Made by a program: the position numbers and the translations under genes. Below are positions 10,154 to 18,541 of a stretch of 64,000 nucleotides of DNA, piece by piece; positions within the stretch are counted from its first letter, which is position 1, and each line of letters opens with the position of its first letter. Origin of the DNA: an uncultured Clostridia bacterium (GTDB lineage Bacteria; Bacillota; Clostridia; Christensenellales; UBA1242); assembly GCA_934747965.1 (NCBI GenBank), contig CAKVHI010000003.1:74975-138974 (forward strand), read 5' to 3'. The notes beneath the pieces are model-generated. The model was not told the DNA's origin, searched no databases, and worked only from the letters and a program-made list of their open reading frames with translations.

Positions 10154-10234
10154 AAAATATCCTCTTAAAATTAAATATCCGTTAAGATTATAATTAATTA
10201 CTTTAATTTTGTCAATTAATTAGAAAACAAAAAA

Positions 10235-10972
10235 TCAAAACTTTAAATTATACAAAATAATACCGCACGAAACTGCAACATTCAAACTTTCAACATCATT
10301 TTGCATTGGAATTTTTATTGTCTTAGTTGCAAAACTTTTAACTTCAGCACTAACTCCATTACCTTCATTACCCAAAATCAGACCAAAAGTTGCGGGCTTT
10401 TGTTTCAAATCAAACACATTTTCACCAATCATATCGGCACAAAAAATTGGGATGTTGTTACAAACTTTTGACAAATCATTAACGCCTATATGCTCGCAAT
10501 CAACTTTAAAAACATTTCCCATACTGGCACGAACAACCTTGTCATTAAATTCATCAACACAGTTAATTAAATATAATTTTTTACAATCACATGCAACGCT
10601 AGTTCTTATGATAGCCCCCAAATTTTGTGGGTCTTGAATATTATCTAAAATCAGAAAATTTCCATTAATATTTAATTTTTCAGGTTGTTTTATAACTGCA
10701 AAAAAATTTTGACTTGTTTGATTAAAACTAAGTTTTTCACTAACATTATCACTAATCAATGTCAATAAGTTTTGATATTTACTTAAATTGTTTTTTTCAA
10801 ATTCTTTCTTTGTTGCAAAAATTTCAACAATTTTTTGATTAGTTTTTTCGGCCTCCAAAAAAATTTTATAGCCTTCAATTAAAATCAAGCCTTGTTCTTC
10901 ACGATATTTTTTTTGTTTTAATTTTATGATATTTTTAATTTTATTATTTAAAACACTTGTAATTTCTTGCAT
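10235..10972 (-). CDS. TrmH/SpoU family RNA 2'-O-methyltransferase
   Basis: 245 aa. Motifs LDNIQDPQNLGAIIRT, LILGNEGNGVS and ESLNVAVS. Confidence 0.8.
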   Translation of the reverse strand: MQEITSVLNNKIKNIIKLKQKKYREEQGLILIEGYKIFLEAEKTNQKIVEIFATKKEFEKNNLSKYQNLLTLISDNVSEKLSFNQTSQNFFAVIKQPEKLNINGNFLILDNIQDPQNLGAIIRTSVACDCKKLYLINCVDEFNDKVVRASMGNVFKVDCEHIGVNDLSKVCNNIPIFCADMIGENVFDLKQKPATFGLILGNEGNGVSAEVKSFATKTIKIPMQNDVESLNVAVSCGIILYNLKF

Positions 10973-11068
10973 ATTTCAATCCTTCAACTTTTAAATCTAA
11001 AAAATTATATCAAAAAAAGCCAAATTGCAAAAACAATCTGACTTTTATTTTAAAATAATTTTGTAAAA

Positions 11069-11491
11069 CTATCTTGCAAGTTCTTTTTCTTTATCTCTAA
11101 AAACTTCTTTAAGTTCTTTATCTTTTTTTAATGCCTTTGATATGAAAAGATTATAGTAATAGTTTTCTATTGCTTTTTGATAAGGTATACCATTCAAATC
11201 ATTGTCTTTGTTTTTTGATGCAACAAATTTAAACCATGCTTTTTGCATATCATCAAATTCTTCAAATAGAGGTGTTGCATTAAAATCGCTGTTAAAACTA
11301 AACTGATTAAACTTATAACTATTAAAAACTTTGCCTTGTTTGGTTATTTTTGCAACAAAATAAGGCTCCCCTTGTTTTGTGCTTCCAATTTTATATGAAA
11401 CTTCATCTAATTTAAAATATTTCCCAAAAAATTCATTAAGTTCGGCTTTTCCAAAACCATTCAAAAAAGTGCCTTCAAAAGCGTGTGCCAT
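11069..11491 (-). CDS. Hypothetical protein, 140 aa
   Basis: ORF track 11069..11515. AAAGGATGG SD lies 6 nt before the ATG at 11491 (MAHAFEG...). No motif recognised. Confidence 0.5.
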   Translation of the reverse strand: MAHAFEGTFLNGFGKAELNEFFGKYFKLDEVSYKIGSTKQGEPYFVAKITKQGKVFNSYKFNQFSFNSDFNATPLFEEFDDMQKAWFKFVASKNKDNDLNGIPYQKAIENYYYNLFISKALKKDKELKEVFRDKEKELAR

Positions 11492-11588
11492 AATCAACCA
11501 TCCTTTGTATTGCAAAATTTGTTTTGCTAATTTACATTTTTATTATAATAAATTTGTATTTTTTTGTCAATAAAAAATCAAAGAAAAT

Positions 11589-12755
11589 TTATGCTCTATC
11601 CAAATTTATTGTGAACAAATATTTTATTTTTTCTTTTTTAAATTTTTGATTTAGTTTATCTTTAATATCTTCAAGTTTAATATCTTTCCCGAACGGAACA
11701 ACAACATCAAAAAACACTCTTATATAATTTTTTTCAAAAATTAATCTGAAATCATGAATGGTTATTGTTTGGTCAATATTTTTTAAATAGTTTGTAATCT
11801 TACATTTAAGTTTATCAACTTCTTTGTTTCCTTTTTGGACAGGGTCTATATGAATTGATAATGTTATATTATAATCTTTTTTAAATGTCCTTTCAATCTT
11901 ATCAATTTCGTTATGTGCTTTTATCATATCCGTTTTACTGTCAACTTCAACATGAATTGTTGCAAACTTTATGTTATTTCCGTAACTATGAAATATGAAA
12001 TCATGCACACCCAAAACATACTTATAGCTTAAAATACGGTTTTTTAGCATTTGTTCAAACTTAGGGTCTATTCTTTCCCCCAAAAGCGGACTTATAGTGT
12101 TTTTTACAAGAAGAACGCTGTTTATTATTATAAAAATTGAAACTAAAAGACCAAATAAGCCGTCAAAGCTAAAATTGATGTAGCCGACAATATTAATTAT
12201 AATCATCCCCAAAATCGTGCAAAGAGTTGTTATAATATCATTTCTACTGTCTATGCTTGATGCTTTTAAAGCTTCACTTTTTATTGCTTTTGCAAAATTA
12301 GAATAAAGAATCATTTGCAAAAATTTGATAACTATTCCTATACCTAAAACAATGTAAACAAATTTATCTACAATTACTGGCTCGTTTGAAATAATTTTTT
12401 CTATTGAACTTTTAAATAAAATTGCTCCAATCATTAAAACTATAACACTAATAATTAAAGCCATAACTTGTTCAATTCTGGCATGACCATACGGATGCTT
12501 GCTGTCTGCTGGTTTATTTGCAAGTTTAAAGCCAATAAGCAAAATTATTGAACTTCCCATGTCAGACAAGTTGTTTATTGCATCGGCTATAATTGTTATA
12601 CTCCCACACAAAAACCCAATTATAATTTTTGATATAAACAAAATTAAGTTTGTTATTATCCCGAAAAGTCCAGCAAAAAGCCCATACCTAAATCGTACGG
12701 CTAGATTTTCTGTGTTTTGGTAATCTTTGATAAAAACTTTTTTTATTAAATTCAT
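11589..12755 (-). CDS. Cation diffusion facilitator (CDF) family metal efflux transporter
   Basis: TM2 motif SITIIADAINNLSDMGSS, six TM helices and a C-terminal cytoplasmic domain. The ATG at 12755 is preferred over the GTG at 12764. Confidence 0.8.
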   Translation of the reverse strand: MNLIKKVFIKDYQNTENLAVRFRYGLFAGLFGIITNLILFISKIIIGFLCGSITIIADAINNLSDMGSSIILLIGFKLANKPADSKHPYGHARIEQVMALIISVIVLMIGAILFKSSIEKIISNEPVIVDKFVYIVLGIGIVIKFLQMILYSNFAKAIKSEALKASSIDSRNDIITTLCTILGMIIINIVGYINFSFDGLFGLLVSIFIIINSVLLVKNTISPLLGERIDPKFEQMLKNRILSYKYVLGVHDFIFHSYGNNIKFATIHVEVDSKTDMIKAHNEIDKIERTFKKDYNITLSIHIDPVQKGNKEVDKLKCKITNYLKNIDQTITIHDFRLIFEKNYIRVFFDVVVPFGKDIKLEDIKDKLNQKFKKEKIKYLFTINLDRA

Positions 12756-12806
12756 AAATCTCACTTTTCTTTATATGACATTTTGCGTTTTTGGGTTAAA
12801 AGTCAT

Positions 12807-12861
12807 GCTTTGCAAGCAAAGCGTTTTCTGCAAGAAAACTTGAAATTTAAGCGTGCTTAAA
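12807..12861. repeat. Triple-palindrome structured element, copy A
   Basis: GCTTTGC-AA-GCAAAGC, GTTTTCT-GCA-AGAAAAC, TTTAAGC-GT-GCTTAAA. An inverted homologue lies at 21392-21455. Confidence 0.8.
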
Positions 12862-12904
12862 ATTCAATGACTTTTAAACTGATAAAAACGAAAAATTATA
12901 CGGA

Positions 12905-12931
12905 TAAAAAAAACTGTAAAAATTTACAGTT
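12905..12931 (-). terminator. Intrinsic terminator after rplT
   Basis: Minus strand AACTGTAAA..TTTACAGTT hairpin followed by T8. Confidence 0.7.
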
Positions 12932-12964
12932 TAATCAATTTAAAATTGTAACAACAAAAATAAA

Positions 12965-13315
12965 TTATTTAACTTTTTTTGCAGTATCGCATAAAAGTTT
13001 AAATGCTTCAGCATCACTAATAGCCATTTCACTTAAAACTTTTCTGTTTAAGTTAATGTTGTTGACCTTAAGCCCATGCATAAATTTTGAATAACTAATG
13101 TCATTTAATCTGCAAGCAGCATTAATTCTGGCAATCCATAGTGTTCTGAAATCTCTTTTCTTGTTTCTTCTTCCAATATAAGCATGACTTTCAGCTTTTC
13201 TAACACTTTGTTTTGCAACACGGTATAATCTTGAATGACTTCCCCAGTAACCTTTGGCTTGTTTTAAAACTTTTCTACGCTTTTTTAAAGCATTATTACT
13301 TCTTTTAATTCTCAT
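12965..13315 (-). CDS. rplT: 50S ribosomal protein L20
   Basis: 116 aa. KGYWGSHSRLYRVAKQ and WIARINAA motifs. Confidence 0.97.
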   Translation of the reverse strand: MRIKRSNNALKKRRKVLKQAKGYWGSHSRLYRVAKQSVRKAESHAYIGRRNKKRDFRTLWIARINAACRLNDISYSKFMHGLKVNNINLNRKVLSEMAISDAEAFKLLCDTAKKVK

Positions 13316-13327
13316 CTTTAAGCCCTC

Positions 13328-13522
13328 CTAAACGCTAACCATGTTTCTAATTGTTTTTTCTTGTGCTTTAGAAACATAAGTAGCTTGTCGTAAATCTCTT
13401 TTTCTTTTTGTTGTTTTCTTTGTTAAAATGTGGCGTTTATTTTGTTTGTTTCTTTTAACCAAACCGCTTTTCAAAACTTTAAAACGCTTTTTTGCCCCAC
13501 TATGACTTTTTTGTTTTGGCAT
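13328..13522 (-). CDS. rpmI: 50S ribosomal protein L35
   Basis: 64 aa. [16 protein letters not shown]-terminus. Confidence 0.95.
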   Translation of the reverse strand: MPKQKSHSGAKKRFKVLKSGLVKRNKQNKRHILTKKTTKRKRDLRQATYVSKAQEKTIRNMVSV

Positions 13523-13540
13523 AATAAAATCTCCTTTAAA

Positions 13541-14047
13541 TTACTTTTTTTGACCAATTATCATGGTTATATCTCTTCCTTCTAGTTTAGGAACTTTTTC
13601 AATCACACCTGCATCCCCAACCAAACCAGCAAATTTATTCATAATTTCAATGCCTTGTTCAGGATATGCCTGTTGACGACCTTTTAAACGAATACTAACT
13701 TTAACCTTGTTGCCCTCACTCAAAAAATTTTTAGCATTTTTAACACGATAATTAATATCATAATCACCTATAGTTAAAGATAGTTGAATAGTTTTAATTT
13801 CTTGTGCCTTATTCTTTTTGCGTGCATCCTTTTCTTTTTTGATTTGGTCAAAACGATATTTGCCATAATCCATAATTTTGCACACAACTGGATTAGCATT
13901 TGGTGAAATTAAAGCCAAATCCAAATCTTTTTCTTTGCTTAAATTTAATGCTTCGTTTAAACTAACAATGCCAAGCTGTTCGCCATTTTCGCCAACAAGC
14001 CTAACTTCATTAGCAACAATTCTTTCATTAATTAATAATTCTTTAAT
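13541..14047 (-). CDS. infC: Translation initiation factor IF-3, ATT start codon
   Basis: IF-3 homology begins at KELLINERIVANEVRLVGENGEQLG. AAGGGGGA SD lies 8 nt before the in-frame ATT at 14047. The hydrophobic extension to 14134 in the ORF track is not IF-3-like. Confidence 0.85.
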   Translation of the reverse strand: MKELLINERIVANEVRLVGENGEQLGIVSLNEALNLSKEKDLDLALISPNANPVVCKIMDYGKYRFDQIKKEKDARKKNKAQEIKTIQLSLTIGDYDINYRVKNAKNFLSEGNKVKVSIRLKGRQQAYPEQGIEIMNKFAGLVGDAGVIEKVPKLEGRDITMIIGQKK

Positions 14048-14180
14048 AGTTAAAATCCCCCTTATAAAAGAAAAAAGTGAATATACAAATATCCACACTA
14101 AAAAATTATATTTAAATAAAATTTTTAGGACCAACTAAGCATTGCCTTTTTGGTGAGAAATGGATATTTCTACTTTTTAC
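14048..14180 (-). promoter_or_regulatory. infC-rpmI-rplT leader with internal terminator-like hairpin (L20-leader-type attenuator candidate)
   Basis: About 130-nt 5' UTR. Hairpin GTGGATAT-TTGT-ATATTCAC followed by T6 (plus 14066-14099), about 20 nt before the SD. Confidence 0.45.
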
Positions 14181-14186
14181 ATGTCA

Positions 14187-14215
14187 ATTATATATCACTT
14201 TTTTTATATTGTCAA
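14187..14215 (-). promoter_or_regulatory. Consensus sigma-A promoter of the infC operon
   Basis: Minus strand TTGACA (14215-14210), 17 nt, TATAAT (14192-14187). Confidence 0.65.
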
Positions 14216-14278
14216 TAAAATATTGAAAATTTTTAAATTTTTTTTAAATACCTTTAACACAGAATCTAGACAATCAAA

Positions 14279-14437
14279 TTAAAAAGTTTTTTGATTTTCT
14301 TCTTCTTTTTTTGCTTGTTCTTTTAATTCCTGTTCTTTTAAATATGCTTTAATTGCTTCAGCAGTTGCGTCATATTCGCAATCTCCTTCATATTTCCTTG
14401 TTGATTCTCTCCAACCGTCAAGATAATCTTTTTCCAT
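14279..14437 (-). CDS. Small acidic protein, 52 aa (below the ORF-track cutoff)
   Basis: AAAGGAGA SD lies 6 nt before the ATG at 14437. Own translation: MEKDYLDGWRESTRKYEGDCEYDATAEAIKAYLKEQELKEQAKKEEENQKTF. Confidence 0.45.
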   Translation of the reverse strand: MEKDYLDGWRESTRKYEGDCEYDATAEAIKAYLKEQELKEQAKKEEENQKTF

Positions 14438-14730
14438 AACAATCTCCTTTTATATTATTCATTTTATCTTTTAATTTTAAAGTCATTTTTTGAATTTCAC
14501 CGTTCGGATAAATATTTGTGAAAGTAACAATACCTTGCTTTTTATCAATTACTATTTTGGTTTTATCATTAATAAATTTTCCATTTTCATCTAATTTTAA
14601 ATTTTCAAATCAAAATTTTAACTTTTTTCTTTCATTATATATTTATTCTTTTCGTTTTTCATGCACACCTCTTACTCTTATTGTAATCAAAATTACTTAA
14701 ATTGTCAATTTGATTATATATTTAAAATTT

Positions 14731-15189
14731 TTATTTTTCGTTTTCAATATAAACTGGAACTTTAAATTTATTAAAAATGATATTAAAAAAATCAAACACA
14801 GTAAAAATAAAAACAAATCCGAAAAACAATAAAGCAAAATATTCAAAATAAGCAAAAACCTTTCCGCCTGTCAATTTTAAGATTGAAAAAATCCCGAATA
14901 CAGAAGCATAAATGCTTATAATTAAATTCACTATTCCCCGCCAAAATTTGCCGACATAAAAATAATGCCCACCGAAAAGACCCAAAAAACCGCAGAACAA
15001 TAACAGATTTTTTTTGCTCAAATCTGTTGGAAGCACATTTGTTTCTATCACCAAATCGCCATCGCCTTTGCGTTTTAATTCTTTTGCCTTTTTATTTGAT
15101 GCTTTTTCTAAATTTTTTATTTTAAAACCACACTTAGTGCATATCAAAGTTTTTTTATCAACCTTTCCGTAACAGTTAGGACATCTCAT
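14731..15189 (-). CDS. Zinc-ribbon / TM2 domain membrane protein
   Basis: N-terminal CPNC...CTKC ribbon. TM2-type GLFGGHYFYVGKFWRG motif. Confidence 0.7.
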   Translation of the reverse strand: MRCPNCYGKVDKKTLICTKCGFKIKNLEKASNKKAKELKRKGDGDLVIETNVLPTDLSKKNLLLFCGFLGLFGGHYFYVGKFWRGIVNLIISIYASVFGIFSILKLTGGKVFAYFEYFALLFFGFVFIFTVFDFFNIIFNKFKVPVYIENEK

Positions 15190-15769
15190 TTAAATTATCT
15201 ACCCTTTCTTTAATTAAATTTTTTATTAAGTCTATATTCTCATTAATTTCACTTGAACAAAATATAATATCATCTTTGCCAACATTCAATTCTTTTGCAA
15301 TCATAAGTTTTTGGTTATTTCGTTTGCTTTTAGCAATTTTATCGCTTTTTGTTGCAATAATTTTGAAAGGAATGTTATAGAAATTCAAGAACTTCAGCAT
15401 TTGTTTGTCTTCTTCACTAGGACAATGTCTTATATCCACCAAAAGCATAACAAGTTTTTTGCCCTCTTTTTGAGCAAAATAATCTTCAATCAAAACTGAC
15501 CAATTTTTTTCGTTTAACTTTCCCGCCTTATGAAACCCATAGCCTGGCAGGTCAACCAAATAAAATTTATTGTCAACCAAAAAGTAATTTATTAGTTTTG
15601 TTTTTCCTTGCAAAGCACTTGTTTTTGCAAGTTTTTTATTATTAAAAATTGCATTAATCAAACTGCTTTTACCACTATTACTTCTTCCAACAAAACAAAC
15701 TTCAAACTTATCATCAGTTATGAAGTCAGATTTTTTATAACAACTTTTCACAAATTCACAATTTTTCAT
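15176..15769 (-). CDS. engB: Ribosome biogenesis GTP-binding protein YsxC/EngB
   Basis: 197 aa. GRSNSGKSSLINA P-loop, DLPGYG and TKSDK motifs. Confidence 0.9.
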   Translation of the reverse strand: MKNCEFVKSCYKKSDFITDDKFEVCFVGRSNSGKSSLINAIFNNKKLAKTSALQGKTKLINYFLVDNKFYLVDLPGYGFHKAGKLNEKNWSVLIEDYFAQKEGKKLVMLLVDIRHCPSEEDKQMLKFLNFYNIPFKIIATKSDKIAKSKRNNQKLMIAKELNVGKDDIIFCSSEINENIDLIKNLIKERVDNLNEMS

Positions 15770-15874
15770 ATTTTACCTTTTTTATTTTACCAAAACAAAA
15801 CTTAATTGTAAAGTAACCTTAAAACTTTTATGCAAATATAATGAAATATATCGAAAGATAAAAAGGAACAAAAC

Positions 15875-16678
15875 ATGAATAAACCATTACTAGAAATTAA
15901 AAATTTAAGTTTAACATATCATTCTTCAACTTTCGAAACAAAAGCCGTAGACAACATTTCATTTGATGTAAAAAAAGGCGAATTTGTTGCACTTGTTGGA
16001 CCCTCAGGTTGCGGAAAGACAACAATTTTAAATATGATTGGAGGGTTAATCCCGAAATCTAGTGGCGAAATTTGGCTTGAAAATGAAAAAATATATGAAA
16101 ATAACAGCAAAAAAAATTCAAACCGAGCAAGCATAGGATATATGTTCCAAAAAGACCATCTTTTTGAATGGCGAACAATCTTTGAAAATGTAAGGCTTGG
16201 GCTTGAGTTTGACAAATCATTAACAAAAACTGAAAGAAAAGCAAAAGAGGAATATATTTCATTTTTGCTTGAAAAGTATGGCTTAAAAGACTTTAAAAAC
16301 AAGCATCCTCGTGAACTTTCAGGTGGAATGAGACAAAGAGTTGCACTAATCCGAACACTTGCTCTAAACCCCAAAATTTTGCTTTTAGATGAGCCTTTTT
16401 CGGCACTAGACTTTCAAACGAGACTTCATGTTTGTGATGACATAAGCTCAATAATTAGCAAAGAGCACAAAACTGCAATATTAGTAACACATGACATTAG
16501 TGAAGCCATAAGTCTTGCGGATAAGGTTATTATCTTAACAAAGCGACCTGCAAAAATTAAGAAAATTGTTGAAATAGACTTAAAAGAAAGCGGACTTCCG
16601 CTTAAAAGAAGAGAAAACAAAAATTTTTCAAAATATTTTGAAGAAATTTGGAGTAACATTAAAGATGAAAAACAATAG
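15875..16678 (+). CDS. ABC transporter ATP-binding protein (NitT/TauT family type)
   Basis: Walker A GPSGCGKTT, signature LSGGMRQR and Walker B LLLDEPFSALD. Confidence 0.9.
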   Translation: MNKPLLEIKNLSLTYHSSTFETKAVDNISFDVKKGEFVALVGPSGCGKTTILNMIGGLIPKSSGEIWLENEKIYENNSKKNSNRASIGYMFQKDHLFEWRTIFENVRLGLEFDKSLTKTERKAKEEYISFLLEKYGLKDFKNKHPRELSGGMRQRVALIRTLALNPKILLLDEPFSALDFQTRLHVCDDISSIISKEHKTAILVTHDISEAISLADKVIILTKRPAKIKKIVEIDLKESGLPLKRRENKNFSKYFEEIWSNIKDEKQ

Positions 16679-17489
16679 AAAGAATAAAACTGATATTAAA
16701 TATTCAGACGAACATAAAAATTTTTTAAAAAAAGAAAAGCATAAAAAAATATTTATCATTTTTTCCCGAATTTTTTTGCTTGTATTTTTGCTTGGCTTGT
16801 GGGAACTTCTAACCCAATTAAATGTGATGGATAGTTTTATATTTAGCTCTCCTTCAAGAATAGTCAAACAAACAGTCATGCTTTATAATTCTGGCGAACT
16901 TTTTTATCATATTTGGATTACTTTGAAAGAAGCTTTGCTTGGATTTGTCTTGGCAACTTTACTTGGAACATTTATTGCCATAATTCTTTGGTGGAGTGAA
17001 AATACAAGAAAAATTTTGGAACCATACATTGTTGTTTTGAACAGTCTTCCCAAAATAGCCTTAGGTCCAATCATAATTATTTGGTTTGGTGCCGGAATAA
17101 AAAGTATTGTTGTTATGGCAATTTTAATCACAATTATAATAACAATTTTAACAATGCTTTCGGCTTTTATTTCTTGCGACAACGACAAAATTATGCTTTT
17201 AAAAAGCATGGGTGCAAACAAATTCCAAATTTTGTTTAAACTGATAATTCCAAATGCCATGAATGAATTTATAAGTATGCTTAAAATCAATGTAGGAATG
17301 ACTTGGGTTGGAACAATTATGGGTGAATACTTAGTTAGTAAGGCAGGACTTGGCTATTTAATTGTGTACGGCGGTCAAGTGTTTAAGTTAGACCTAGTTA
17401 TGACAGCCACGGTAATATTATGCATATTGGCAGGTTTAATGTATTATTTGGTTGCCCTTTTTGAAAAAAAGATGAACAAAAATAAATAG
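16665..17489 (+). CDS. ABC transporter permease (NitT/TauT family type)
   Basis: Six TM helices with a BPD-type loop (LKSMGANKFQILFKLIIPNA). The ATG at 16665 is preferred over the TTG at 16638. Confidence 0.85.
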   Translation: MKNNRKNKTDIKYSDEHKNFLKKEKHKKIFIIFSRIFLLVFLLGLWELLTQLNVMDSFIFSSPSRIVKQTVMLYNSGELFYHIWITLKEALLGFVLATLLGTFIAIILWWSENTRKILEPYIVVLNSLPKIALGPIIIIWFGAGIKSIVVMAILITIIITILTMLSAFISCDNDKIMLLKSMGANKFQILFKLIIPNAMNEFISMLKINVGMTWVGTIMGEYLVSKAGLGYLIVYGGQVFKLDLVMTATVILCILAGLMYYLVALFEKKMNKNK

Positions 17490-17537
17490 AAAAACTTATT
17501 TAAAAAAGTTTTTTTATTTTTACATTATCTTAAGTAT

Positions 17538-17570
17538 AAAAAAATCACAGTCAAATTCACTGTGATTTTA
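17538..17570. terminator. Bidirectional intrinsic terminator
   Basis: AAAATCACAGT...ACTGTGATTTT hairpin between convergent genes. Confidence 0.65.
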
Positions 17571-17587
17571 TTATTTATTGCAAATTC

Positions 17588-17833
17588 CTATTGCAAACTT
17601 CCAACCATTAACAAAATGAAGGCTATTACAACAAACATTAATCCAATTAGTTTAAGCGAAATATAAACTCTGTCATCACTAGCAATAAAATTTGTTTTTC
17701 TGATTGTTTTGGTTATTCTTCTGGCAAGGCAAATAACAGCAAAGCCTATAGCGCCCAAAAATATTGAAGTTAAAAATTCTGTTGTTGTTAAAGCATCAAG
17801 CAATGATTTTGTTGCATTCAATAAATAAAACAT
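17588..17833 (-). CDS. Small membrane protein, 81 aa, unknown function
   Basis: Two hydrophobic helices. TTGACT-17-TATAAT promoter and AGGAG SD upstream. Confidence 0.55.
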   Translation of the reverse strand: MFYLLNATKSLLDALTTTEFLTSIFLGAIGFAVICLARRITKTIRKTNFIASDDRVYISLKLIGLMFVVIAFILLMVGSLQ

Positions 17834-17901
17834 ATTTTTCTCCTAATTTATGCTTTTATTATAAACAAAAAAAAGTTAATAGTCAATACCCAATTTTAAA
17901 A

Positions 17902-18450
17902 TTATTTAATTTTTTTGTAAATTTTGATATATTTAACAAAATATTGAATGATAGTTATAATAATCAGAACAATGCCAACACCAACTGCAATAATATCATA
18001 AGGGTTAATCACATTGTGAAAGAAACAAGAGAAAAGTGCTAAACTTATGTATATAGTTGTTACTTTCCCAACCCAATTTGCTTTAACAACAATTTTGTTG
18101 AAATAAAGAACGGCGGATAAAATGATTGTGGTCAAATCGAACACCAACAAAATTATGAACATATAAAGTGGCAACACTTGTTTGACTGCAAAACAACACA
18201 TAACACTTAATCTTAAAATCTTGTCTGCAAGTGGATCTAAAACCTTTCCTAGATTTGTTATTTGATTGGCATTTCTTGCAATAAGCCCGTCTAGCACATC
18301 AGTAAAAAAGGCTAGCAAAAAGATTAAAATTGCATAAAGCGGAAAATTTTCGTAATAAAAGTTTGTGTCTAAATAAAAAACTACGAAGATAGGCACCAAA
18401 ATAATTCTTATAATTGTTAAAATATTTGCAGTTGTAAGTTTTCTCTCCAT
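17902..18450 (-). CDS. pgsA: CDP-diacylglycerol--glycerol-3-phosphate 3-phosphatidyltransferase
   Basis: CDP-alcohol phosphatidyltransferase motif DVLDGLIARNANQITNLGKVLDPLADK. Start chosen at MERKLTTANILT (ORF track extends to 18498). Confidence 0.85.
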   Translation of the reverse strand: MERKLTTANILTIIRIILVPIFVVFYLDTNFYYENFPLYAILIFLLAFFTDVLDGLIARNANQITNLGKVLDPLADKILRLSVMCCFAVKQVLPLYMFIILLVFDLTTIILSAVLYFNKIVVKANWVGKVTTIYISLALFSCFFHNVINPYDIIAVGVGIVLIIITIIQYFVKYIKIYKKIK

Positions 18451-18541
18451 ATAAGAAAATGATACCATAAAAATTAAAAAAAAACAAATAATTAACATTT
18501 TTTTTAAAATTTTAATATCATAATTTTATAAGGAGGAAAAA

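Noticed and set aside
12780-12866. Known metal riboswitch (czcD/NiCo or yybP-ykoY Mn) upstream of the CDF gene
   Set aside because: The element is a string of short, tight palindromes with 2-3 nt centres. I see none of the conserved four-way-junction or GGGGAGUAG-type cores I recall for those classes. This still needs a cmsearch to be certain.
15770-15874. TPP (THI-box) riboswitch upstream of the ThiXYZ-like ABC transporter (also checked 18499-18541)
   Set aside because: Both spacers are short and AT-rich. They contain no CUGAGA or ACCUGAUCUGGAUAAUGCCAGCG-like conserved core.
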